Below, piece after piece: positions 40,635 through 48,957 of a stretch of 64,000 nucleotides of DNA. The notes under the pieces are model-generated. The model saw nothing but the letters and a program-made list of their open reading frames with translations, ran no database searches and had not been told where the DNA came from. Position numbers and translations under genes: made by a program. The DNA is taken from positions 62,001 to 126,000 of the IMG/VR virus record IMGVR_UViG_3300031251_000001; one strand, given 5' to 3'. Every line of letters begins with the position of its first letter. The first letter of the stretch is position 1.

Positions 40635-43600
40635 CTACCCCTTGTCTTGCAAAATCTCGACCTCATCGTGAGGATCGATGGTTCTTTGTTCTAACGCTTT
40701 TAGCACATCCTGGATGTTGCGGAAAGTACGCAACGGACGTTTGCTCTTATTGGATGTTAGCTCATAGAGCCCACCCACGTACTCCTGTGACGGCATGGCC
40801 ACTGGTGTTTTACGGTCAGTCGGGCTGATCAGGTGCTTGCTGGGGAGCATGCGTTCGTAGGTCTCTTTTGCCGCCTCTTCGGTGGCGGGCACGTGGAACT
40901 GCGAGGCGTCGCCATCGAAGTCCATGTTGAAACCCTTGAGCACCAGCGTGGGCACGTGGACGGCGTTGCCGGCCACCAGCTGCGGACGGAAGCCCATATA
41001 GCCCAGTTTGTGGAGCACCGGGGCGCGATTCATTTGGACCGGCTTTTGATCCATGACGCGGAGAAGGGAGCGGTGTGCCTCGTCATCTTGTTGGTTGATC
41101 GATTCCATGGCGTTAGCCACCGTACGACCGCGGCGAACCATGTCACGAACGATCTCTTTCTTGTAGACATCGAACGCCAATCGCTTGGGGATACCGATCT
41201 GGTCCATGTTCAAGTCAGGGTTGGGCACCACTACCGAGCGACCAACCTGGTCCACGGCGGAGCCAATGAGACGCCGTTGAACCGTGCCCATTTTAGGATT
41301 GCTTCCAAAGATATGCTGCAGAACTCCCCGTACGTTGCGCTCCTTGGACTTCTTTGTAACAGGATCTCCAAGACCCGTGACTGCCTTGAGAGCGTTGTAG
41401 AGGGTGAGATGTTCTGGTCCGACGTAGTCATCGCCCATCTCCTTGTGGAAGTCCTTCACCGCTTCGTTGGCGGAGTGGAGTTCTTTATAGAGCGGGTTGG
41501 CGTCAGCCACCATAGGAACACCTGAGCCGCCCAGTGTCGAGATGCGACGGTAAGCAGGTGGGATCACTGGGGCGGACTTCAGGGTCCAATCGCGTGGGTG
41601 CATGCCCACACGTTTGGTGTCCATCATGTAGTACAGCTTCCGAATCGCTTCATCCCGCTTGGTCTTACTACCCGACTGAAATGCTTGTTTAGCCGTCGCA
41701 ATCTCATGGTCGAGGTTAATACCTTCCAACGCTTTGACGATCGCATCAGGGCCTGTCTTGCCATTCAAGTGCTCCTTCCCGGCCAGGATGTCCTCGAACT
41801 TGCCTTGCGTCAGACCGAGGACTCGTTTGACCGGGTCTTCCATGACCGGGTTGACGAGAGGAGTAACGAGAGGAATCTTCGACCACTTCATGCCGCCATG
41901 TCCACCGGTGATCTCCGGATCGAACAGGCCACCGGGAACGGGGTCCAGGGCTTCACCTGATTTGACCGTCTCGGCGTTCTTGAGGGTGCGACCCTCAGCC
42001 AGATCCTCGACTGACTTGTTAGTCATCGCCAGGAAGTGCGTACGCTTGCCGTCCGGCACGGGATCGATGCCAGCTGCCCGGAGTTGGGCCAGATATTTCT
42101 GGTAAACGGTGGTCGTGTGCGGCTCGACCGGCTTCTGTCCACGCTGATATTGCAGCCAGTAAGTGTCATTACGCTGGCCACGAACCAGGCCCGCATCGCG
42201 GAGGACTTCATAAGCACCGTGGGAAAGGATGGCGTTCACATCCAGGAGCGAGACGCGCTTGGAGTTGGAGACGTGAGCACCGTTCTTGAGGTAGTAGCTG
42301 GCACCGTCTTCGACCGTGATGTCGTAGACCTTCTCACCGGGCCTCTTGAACCGGGTGTAGATGGTGGCGACTACGAGCGTGGCCGGCCCATAAAGGCGTT
42401 GTGAACTTTTCCGAGGAAACCGCTCATGGCCCCGGTAAAGGTCTGTCCGATCGACGTCCGCATCCGCCGAACCAAGTCGGCGGTCGGCTTTGGACCTGGC
42501 TGGTCGAGCTTCTTGAATATGCTTTGCGTCCTTTCGGGCGTGAAGGCTGGTAAGACGTACGGTCGCTGCGGGGCAGCGGCTTCCTGGCCATCGATAGGGG
42601 CGGACTGCTGAGTGGGGTCCATCGCAATAAATCTCCTGACCGGGCTGCAGCAGATTAGCAGCGATCTTCGTGTCGTGGATAAAGAACTCGTGACCGGGGG
42701 TGCATTCCACCACGGAACCATCGGTGAAAGTGATGACCACCAAGTAACGGGGAGCATCGTACTCCATCCAATCGGTGATCTCGCGGTAGACCGGAATCAT
42801 GTTCTCGTTGAGCAGGACCTTCGTGGGAACGCGAACGGCTTTCCGCTTCTTGACAATCTCACCGATCGTGTCGGAACCGAACTCGGTCCACAGCTTGGTC
42901 GTCCCGACAAAGCAGCCACCGTAACCACCCTTGGCCGGCTCGTCATCCTGGTTATAGGCCCCGCTCGAGCGGGCCTGTCCCTTGGATTCCGAAGTGTGAT
43001 GCAGTTTCATCATGAAGCGGGTGCCGGTCGCCACGCCGGGGATCTTCTGTCCTGTCTCGGGATCGGTGATCTCTTCCGAGAGCTTCATGCCGTGTTTGCC
43101 CAACTCGTTGCGGACGTACTCGTCGTGATCTTGCCCAGTGAAATCCTTCACCAGGTAGGGTTGACCTGTCTTGCGGGCGATCTTCCCCAGGCCGAGCTCG
43201 TGGGCCTGGGCAGCGTTGGTGCGGGAGATCATGCCGTTGGGGCTGAGCAGTAGCTCGAAGGGGTTGCCGTCTTTGTCGTGCGGCATCTGGCTGTCAGGAA
43301 GGATCTTCGAGATCACCCCCTTATCACCGAAACGCCCTGAGAGCTTATCCGCCTCTACAGTCGGGTGGTAGGATTTGACGATGACGACGGGGCCTTTCTT
43401 GCCCTGCTGCACGTCCACGACTTCACCATCGTGGTCATGGTCCCAGGCGACCGAGGCGTCCTGCCAGGAGTCCGACTTGCGTCGCAGGAGGCGGTTGGGA
43501 TTCATGCCCTTCTGCTTGGCGGCGACGATGAGTGGCTGACCGTGGGTGACCTTCTGGCCGACCTTGATGACGCCAGTGTCGTCCATCTTGCCGAGCTGCT

Positions 43601-45659
43601 CACGAGTGAAGCGGCCAGGGAACAGATCAGAGAAGGCCTGGCGGCCCTGCTTGGTCTTGTTGTCGACCTCCAGCTCGTGCTGGTAGGCGTGCTCTGAAGT
43701 CATCTTCCTGGCAAGAGAATCCGAGATGACCACGGCGTCGTTGTGATTAAGGCCCTTCCAGGGGACGTAGGCGGAGTAAGCATTGATGCCCATCGCCATG
43801 GTCCCGTGCTGATCGGTATAGTTGCTGCCGGCGAGAAGCTGACCCTTCTGTACGGTGCTGCCTTCCTGGACAATGGGTTCCTGGTTGAGCAGGGACTTAC
43901 GGTTGAAGGGCAGGTTCTTGTAGTAGGGCTTGATGCTGGTCGTGCCGTCCGGGTGCTGCATGTGGATTTCATCTTCCGTCACCTTCGTCACACGACCAGG
44001 CTTATCGGCCGCGACGGCTCCAAAACGATGACCCAACCATTGTTCGTAGGGCTGGTTGGTCTCCTCGTCCACGTTCTGTACGTGAGGAGCCTCGCGATGC
44101 TGGAGGGATAGCGCCTGCATGTACATGCGGGCACCCATGGAGTTTCGCTGTCCCTTGTTGGAGCTCTGGAACGGGATGGTGTTGGTCAGCGGGCTGAAGT
44201 TACGCGACCCGTGCGGGGAGACATAATCCAGCTCGGACTTCTTGGCATAGTCGAGCTCACCGTTGCGGATCACCGGCACATAATCATTCTTCGATTCCAT
44301 CGACTTGTAGAAGCCGATCGTCTTGCCGGCCAGGTCCTGGGGCGATCGCCACAGCTTCTTGCCGCTCTTGGGATCGATGAACTGGCTGTAGAGCCTGCCG
44401 TCGCTGCCTTTGCGTGAAGCAACGCTGGCAGAGAGATCGACGCCGGCCCGTTCCGATTCCGGTGTCTTGACGACATCAAGGAAGCCCAGGTGCGAGTTCT
44501 GCACCGAGCGGGCCTCCAGCGGGATGGCAGCTCCGGAGATGCCACCCTCACCCATGCGGGTGACGTTATGCAGGCGGTCAGCAAACTCAGAGGTATTGAT
44601 TTCTTCCAGGGGCTGGGCGACGCCGCTGCGCAGCAGGACGTGATCCAGTTGATGGGTCAGGGCACCCGAAGGCATGTGCTGCAGGTGGCCCGCTTTGGAC
44701 ATCTTGTAGAGGAGTTTCTTCTGCCAACCCTCAGAATCCTTGGCGATACGCTCGGCAAAGAGGTCTTCTGGCCCCAGGAACTTCTGATACTCGAGCGCGT
44801 CACGATCATCGGGTTTGGCCTCGCCCCGGTTGATCTTGATCAGCTTACTGGTGGCAGCCAGGAGCACGTCCTTGTTGAGCGTGGGGCTGACGTTGCCGAT
44901 CGTGCTCTTGTTGACGAACGGATTGACCTTGTAGCCCTGATACTTCTCGACGAGCTTGGCGATACGATCGACGCCCGGTGCCGCCAGCTCTTCTTTGGAG
45001 AGTAGCTTGTGAGACAGTCGATCAAGTGCGTCACGTTCCTTGACCCCGCGGTTGGACTGGGCGATCTCTTTGCCCCAGTGGTGTTCGATCTCGTCGTCCT
45101 TGGCTCCCATGGCGGTCAGCAGCGGCAGGAGGGGTGCGGTGGATCCGGCGATGTTGAGATGGAAGGTGCCCTTGTCGGGATCGAAGCCGATGCGGTGCGT
45201 CAGGCCTTCACCAGGAAGGATATTGAGGTAAGTCTCCAGTTCGCCGTTACCTTTGCGTCGGTTGTAGACGCCCGGTTCGAGACGCTGTTGGTTACGAACG
45301 GCGTACTTGGTCCCGTTACGCACGACGGTCCCGAAGTCGCTAAAGTGTGGCACGGTGGCAACGACTTGCTTGCGGGAGTCAACCATCTTGTCGGTGGCAT
45401 TGTCGTAGAGCTCCCACGTCCCTTCGACACGCCGGCCCAGCGATCCACGCGAGAGGATGGCCTTCTTGACCTCGCTGGGCTTGCGGTATTCAGGGTCGAT
45501 ATATTTGGGGTTGGTGAGCTTGAGCGTGTGCGTGCGATTCTTCACCGGGGGCAGATTCTGCATAGCACCGAGCACGTTGCCGTACACGTTTTTACGCAAC
45601 GCCCCAGTATCGCCGAACTCACGGAGGGTCACTCCCTCCGGGACTCCATCGAGATCCAT
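40635..45659 (-). CDS. Phage multisubunit-type RNA polymerase: beta fused to beta' N-terminal catalytic part, intein-containing
   Basis: Beta motifs 'KTPESERAG', 'DKLSGRFGDKGVI', 'RFMMKLHH'. Beta' motifs 'NRAPVLHK' and catalytic 'NMDFDGD'. Confidence 0.92.
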   Translation of the reverse strand: MDLDGVPEGVTLREFGDTGALRKNVYGNVLGAMQNLPPVKNRTHTLKLTNPKYIDPEYRKPSEVKKAILSRGSLGRRVEGTWELYDNATDKMVDSRKQVVATVPHFSDFGTVVRNGTKYAVRNQQRLEPGVYNRRKGNGELETYLNILPGEGLTHRIGFDPDKGTFHLNIAGSTAPLLPLLTAMGAKDDEIEHHWGKEIAQSNRGVKERDALDRLSHKLLSKEELAAPGVDRIAKLVEKYQGYKVNPFVNKSTIGNVSPTLNKDVLLAATSKLIKINRGEAKPDDRDALEYQKFLGPEDLFAERIAKDSEGWQKKLLYKMSKAGHLQHMPSGALTHQLDHVLLRSGVAQPLEEINTSEFADRLHNVTRMGEGGISGAAIPLEARSVQNSHLGFLDVVKTPESERAGVDLSASVASRKGSDGRLYSQFIDPKSGKKLWRSPQDLAGKTIGFYKSMESKNDYVPVIRNGELDYAKKSELDYVSPHGSRNFSPLTNTIPFQSSNKGQRNSMGARMYMQALSLQHREAPHVQNVDEETNQPYEQWLGHRFGAVAADKPGRVTKVTEDEIHMQHPDGTTSIKPYYKNLPFNRKSLLNQEPIVQEGSTVQKGQLLAGSNYTDQHGTMAMGINAYSAYVPWKGLNHNDAVVISDSLARKMTSEHAYQHELEVDNKTKQGRQAFSDLFPGRFTREQLGKMDDTGVIKVGQKVTHGQPLIVAAKQKGMNPNRLLRRKSDSWQDASVAWDHDHDGEVVDVQQGKKGPVVIVKSYHPTVEADKLSGRFGDKGVISKILPDSQMPHDKDGNPFELLLSPNGMISRTNAAQAHELGLGKIARKTGQPYLVKDFTGQDHDEYVRNELGKHGMKLSEEITDPETGQKIPGVATGTRFMMKLHHTSESKGQARSSGAYNQDDEPAKGGYGGCFVGTTKLWTEFGSDTIGEIVKKRKAVRVPTKVLLNENMIPVYREITDWMEYDAPRYLVVITFTDGSVVECTPGHEFFIHDTKIAANLLQPGQEIYCDGPHSAVRPYRWPGSRCPAATVRLTSLHARKDAKHIQEARPARSKADRRLGSADADVDRTDLYRGHERFPRKSSQRLYGPATLVVATIYTRFKRPGEKVYDITVEDGASYYLKNGAHVSNSKRVSLLDVNAILSHGAYEVLRDAGLVRGQRNDTYWLQYQRGQKPVEPHTTTVYQKYLAQLRAAGIDPVPDGKRTHFLAMTNKSVEDLAEGRTLKNAETVKSGEALDPVPGGLFDPEITGGHGGMKWSKIPLVTPLVNPVMEDPVKRVLGLTQGKFEDILAGKEHLNGKTGPDAIVKALEGINLDHEIATAKQAFQSGSKTKRDEAIRKLYYMMDTKRVGMHPRDWTLKSAPVIPPAYRRISTLGGSGVPMVADANPLYKELHSANEAVKDFHKEMGDDYVGPEHLTLYNALKAVTGLGDPVTKKSKERNVRGVLQHIFGSNPKMGTVQRRLIGSAVDQVGRSVVVPNPDLNMDQIGIPKRLAFDVYKKEIVRDMVRRGRTVANAMESINQQDDEAHRSLLRVMDQKPVQMNRAPVLHKLGYMGFRPQLVAGNAVHVPTLVLKGFNMDFDGDASQFHVPATEEAAKETYERMLPSKHLISPTDRKTPVAMPSQEYVGGLYELTSNKSKRPLRTFRNIQDVLKALEQRTIDPHDEVEILQDKG
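42264..42914 (-). mobile_element. Intein (217 aa, no homing endonuclease) in the RNAP gene
   Basis: GG|CFVGTT block A, 'ECTPGHEFF' block B, 'VYDITVE' block F and 'HVSN|S' C-terminal junction. Confidence 0.9.
42371..42622 (-). CDS. Nested 83-aa ORF inside the intein (+1 frame)
   Basis: AGGAG 10 nt before the ATG, GC-ending codon bias, and boundaries matching the intein linker. Confidence 0.6.
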   Translation of the reverse strand: MDPTQQSAPIDGQEAAAPQRPYVLPAFTPERTQSIFKKLDQPGPKPTADLVRRMRTSIGQTFTGAMSGFLGKVHNAFMGRPRS

Positions 45660-45662
45660 GTA

Positions 45663-46433
45663 TTACTCCGCTGAGGCACCAGCCAGGACGGGCGGTTGGC
45701 TGAGGCTGCCAGGCAAGATGATTTCCGTGGGAGCTGAACGAGCACGATTGGCCTGTCGCATGGACAGTGCCTTCTGGAGGGCCTTGCGATTCTTATCTTT
45801 GCTGGCACTATAGGCCAGGGCGCCGGCACCGAGACCGGTACCGACAGCATAGAGGCCGTAACCCTTGAGTGCGCCATCGACAATGTCCTGTAATCCGGCG
45901 TTCTTCTTGACGGTGTCAAAGAGGATTACCAGGCAATCACCCAGGTCGCAGTCACTGGCCAGCTTGCTGACGGGAGCCAGGGTCTTGGTCAAAGCCGCAT
46001 CGAACTGAGCACGAGCGTTTTCTTCCTTGGCCTTGCGGTTGCTGGCTGCCATGCGACCGGCGGTGCTGCGGATGAGACCAGCAGTACCGACACCAGCGAT
46101 CAAACCACCGGCCAGGGCAGCCGGGGATTTCCACCAGACGTGGTCGGAGTCGAGAGCGTTGTTGGCGTGGAGGGCGTCGCGGATGATGTTGTCATCGGCT
46201 GTTTTGACGGGCAAGATGGCTTCTTCGGGGCTGGTCCGCTTGGTGACGCGGGGGTCTTGTTTCTTGAGCATTCGGTAGAGGGCGTAGCCGCCACCGGTGA
46301 GGAGACCAGCACCCACGCCGGCTTTGATCGTGTTGCCGACGTCGCCGACAGCCTGCTGCTTGGCGACGTCATTCGCAGCACCACGAAACGCCGACTCAAA
46401 GTTAGGGTAGCCTGTGCCGCTCATAGTCGCCAT
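45663..46433 (-). CDS. Putative internal virion protein with three glycine-zipper segments
   Basis: 256 aa; hydrophobic GxxxG segments separated by KTA/KLA/KNA. Confidence 0.65.
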   Translation of the reverse strand: MATMSGTGYPNFESAFRGAANDVAKQQAVGDVGNTIKAGVGAGLLTGGGYALYRMLKKQDPRVTKRTSPEEAILPVKTADDNIIRDALHANNALDSDHVWWKSPAALAGGLIAGVGTAGLIRSTAGRMAASNRKAKEENARAQFDAALTKTLAPVSKLASDCDLGDCLVILFDTVKKNAGLQDIVDGALKGYGLYAVGTGLGAGALAYSASKDKNRKALQKALSMRQANRARSAPTEIILPGSLSQPPVLAGASAE

Positions 46434-47122
46434 CCTTGGTTACTAGGCAATTCGATCTCGGTTTCCTTCACGGCGACCCACACCATGAAGATTTTTCGCT
46501 TCTCTTGATCGTACTGGATTTTTATGCAGTCACACAAGCACTCCTTAGCCAGGATGGAGTCCAGGGCCACGTGGAAGCGAGCCATGCTCTCGGCGTCAAG
46601 GATATCGAAGATCCCGCTATCAGTGTAGTAGTTCTTGACCCGCCGTACCGTCGTCTCCTCGTCTTCGACTTCTCCTTTATTCTCGCCCAGACCAGTGATT
46701 TGCGTGACCAGGTCGATGGCAGTGTGGAAGATGGTGTCGGTCGGACTGAGGGCTCGTACTGCCTCGGTGCGGTTGAAGTTGAACTGGCTCTTGGACATTT
46801 CGACGTTGTAGTTAACGCCCCAGACGGTGAAGATGTATCGCTCTTCCTCGTCGAAGAGGACGTTGTTGTGGAAGATGCTGAACCAGCCGGAATACTGACG
46901 ATCGATGAGACCGTTGTACTCTTTCATGTCGCTGGGATTGAAAGCATCAAACACACGGCTGTAGGACAAGACCTTGTGGCCCCGCCGTTCCAGCCGTTCT
47001 TCTTCTGTGAGGAGGGAGTTCTGCTTGCCGAGGAAGGGGAAAGGATCATCACCTACGCGACCAAAACTGGCCTCCGGTGTCGTGTCAGCGAACCGGAGGA
47101 TAGGACTGAGTTCAGTGGTCAT
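46421..47122 (-). CDS. Hypothetical protein with internal duplication
   Basis: Two related halves: VFD...IFTVW and IFD...IFMVW. Confidence 0.7.
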   Translation of the reverse strand: MTTELSPILRFADTTPEASFGRVGDDPFPFLGKQNSLLTEEERLERRGHKVLSYSRVFDAFNPSDMKEYNGLIDRQYSGWFSIFHNNVLFDEEERYIFTVWGVNYNVEMSKSQFNFNRTEAVRALSPTDTIFHTAIDLVTQITGLGENKGEVEDEETTVRRVKNYYTDSGIFDILDAESMARFHVALDSILAKECLCDCIKIQYDQEKRKIFMVWVAVKETEIELPSNQGWRL

Positions 47123-47493
47123 GGTGCTAGCGAGGGAGCCCTGAGTGGTTGACGCGATCTCTTTTGTAACTTGGACAGGCGACGAAGTCTATCCGTCTCC
47201 GTCTGGTAGGCACTCGTCAACTCCTGCGACTTGATGTCGTCGATGTCGGCGGCAGGGTCGGTATCGGTCATGCGGGCCAGACCGTGGCCGGCTGCGGCAC
47301 CGAGCAGGGGAGGAGCTACCAGGCCGGCCAGGATAGCGGGCTTGGCGACACCAGCCAGGGTGTCGAGAACACCACCGGCATGCTTGACCCGTTCGGTCAT
47401 GTCGCGGGCGACCTTCTTCATCTGTTCGATGGAGAGCCCCTTGAGCGTGCACTCGGTCAGGAACCCGGCGGCAAATTGTTGGTATTCGGTCAT
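47119..47493 (-). CDS. Putative internal virion protein
   Basis: Starts MTEYQQFAAGFL..C; KHA followed by a hydrophobic segment. Confidence 0.65.
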   Translation of the reverse strand: MTEYQQFAAGFLTECTLKGLSIEQMKKVARDMTERVKHAGGVLDTLAGVAKPAILAGLVAPPLLGAAAGHGLARMTDTDPAADIDDIKSQELTSAYQTETDRLRRLSKLQKRSRQPLRAPSLAP

Positions 47494-47501
47494 AGGATGT
47501 C

Positions 47502-47933
47502 CTAGAATCGGAACCACTTGGGTAGACGTCCCCGGTGTCGCTCGGGGCCTTGAGGATCTTCCGGGGCACCGTGTTCGCGGGCGGCCCGTACCAGCCTCAT
47601 TCCATCATCATACCACTGTTTCACGGTTTCTTTCTTCTTGACGCCGAGCATCTCCAACTTCATGCCCCGATAATCGCGATCGTCACCATTCTGGAAGTGG
47701 TGCTGATAGATGTCTTTGAAGAGATCGAGTGTTGCCTCGAACTGGGTCGGAGTGACACTCCCCCATTGTCCGGTTTTCTCGTCGAGGCGGTGGATGACGC
47801 CGCCTTCATGCCAGAAGGTCAGAGCACCGATCTTGACCAACTCATGGTTAACAGCGGAGACAATGTGCTTGCCGTCCGCTCCCAGAATCCCCGGTGTCTT
47901 GGCCTGTTTACTGGCCAGTAACAGTGTTGCCAT
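47502..47933 (-). CDS. Hypothetical protein
   Basis: 143 aa, GGAG RBS. Confidence 0.65.
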   Translation of the reverse strand: MATLLLASKQAKTPGILGADGKHIVSAVNHELVKIGALTFWHEGGVIHRLDEKTGQWGSVTPTQFEATLDLFKDIYQHHFQNGDDRDYRGMKLEMLGVKKKETVKQWYDDGMRLVRAAREHGAPEDPQGPERHRGRLPKWFRF

Positions 47934-47944
47934 CTCTCCCCCGG

Positions 47945-47964
47945 TCCAAAATACGTATTTTGGA
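47945..47964. repeat. Dispersed palindrome TCCAAAATACGTATTTTGGA, copy 4
   Basis: 20-bp perfect palindrome abutting the upstream stop codon. Confidence 0.95.
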
Positions 47965-48957
47965 TTAGCCGAATAACTTGGGTAGCGCCAGGTTGACGAT
48001 ACCCACCGCTGCTCCGTAATTCCCCCAACTCTTGTCGGGCATCCCGGTGGCGATGTTCAGCGCTTTGCCCACCACCTTGCCCATAACGTACCCTTGTCCC
48101 GCCGCCATCGCAAGCTGACCTAGCTGATTAGCGGTCACCCAGCCTGGCGTCGCGTTGTCATCCGGGAACTGCTGAGCGGCGTGCATAACCCCCATCGTCG
48201 CTCCGGTGATCGGTGCCGGGGCCTGCCCCTGCCAGAGGGTCTGACCCAGAGCATTGACGTTGATGTCACCAGGATTAGACTGTGCGGGTTCGGCCCCCTC
48301 ATAGCCAATGGTATCCATCGCTACTTTGGGGATGGGCACATGGGGTGTCTGGTGGAAAGGCACGACCGAGGGAACTGGTTCTATCGGTTCCTGCACACCA
48401 GGCCAACCATCTGTCATGCTGTGCCCGTTAGCGTGGTTGGTCAGAGCCCACAACGCCCCAGGGGCGGCACCGAGGAGGCCACCCATCAAGGCACCATTAC
48501 GTCGCAGCCTCTTCTTGTCCCAGCCATCTGGTGTTTTGGAGGCAACCAGGGAACCGGCACCATAGCCCAGGCCCGTACCCAGGAGCCCTGAAGCGATCAT
48601 GGCAGCCAGGGGTGAGGGGGCATTGGGGATGCCAGTCGTGGAAGGCAGGAATTGAAGAGCCTCCAGCCCCTCCCGCAAGGGCCTCGACTCGGCCACCTTG
48701 ATCCAGCTGTCCTGGCGTGCCTCTTCAGCGGTGATCGGCATTTTCTGGACAGGGAGAGCTGAGCACTTGGCGAGCTTCCGCAGATAGGCTACCGGCAGAT
48801 CGGTTTGAATATCGAAGGCGACTTTGCGAGTGAGCGGGTTGGCGTAGATCCGCACCGGACCTGGTAGCAGGAAGAGGTGGGGACGCAGGCTGGCAGCCAC
48901 CGGGCGGGCGAAGGCTGCATACTCGTCGATGCGGTCGGTGATGGTGTCCCAACTCAT
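47965..48957 (-). CDS. Putative internal virion protein with glycine zippers
   Basis: 330 aa with GLLGTGLGYGAG, GGLLGAAPG and several KVA motifs. Confidence 0.65.
   Translation of the reverse strand: MSWDTITDRIDEYAAFARPVAASLRPHLFLLPGPVRIYANPLTRKVAFDIQTDLPVAYLRKLAKCSALPVQKMPITAEEARQDSWIKVAESRPLREGLEALQFLPSTTGIPNAPSPLAAMIASGLLGTGLGYGAGSLVASKTPDGWDKKRLRRNGALMGGLLGAAPGALWALTNHANGHSMTDGWPGVQEPIEPVPSVVPFHQTPHVPIPKVAMDTIGYEGAEPAQSNPGDINVNALGQTLWQGQAPAPITGATMGVMHAAQQFPDDNATPGWVTANQLGQLAMAAGQGYVMGKVVGKALNIATGMPDKSWGNYGAAVGIVNLALPKLFG

Noticed and set aside
42264-42914. Homing endonuclease or split intein
   Set aside because: There is no LAGLIDADG or HNH motif. The frame is continuous and has no restart codon for a separate C-intein.
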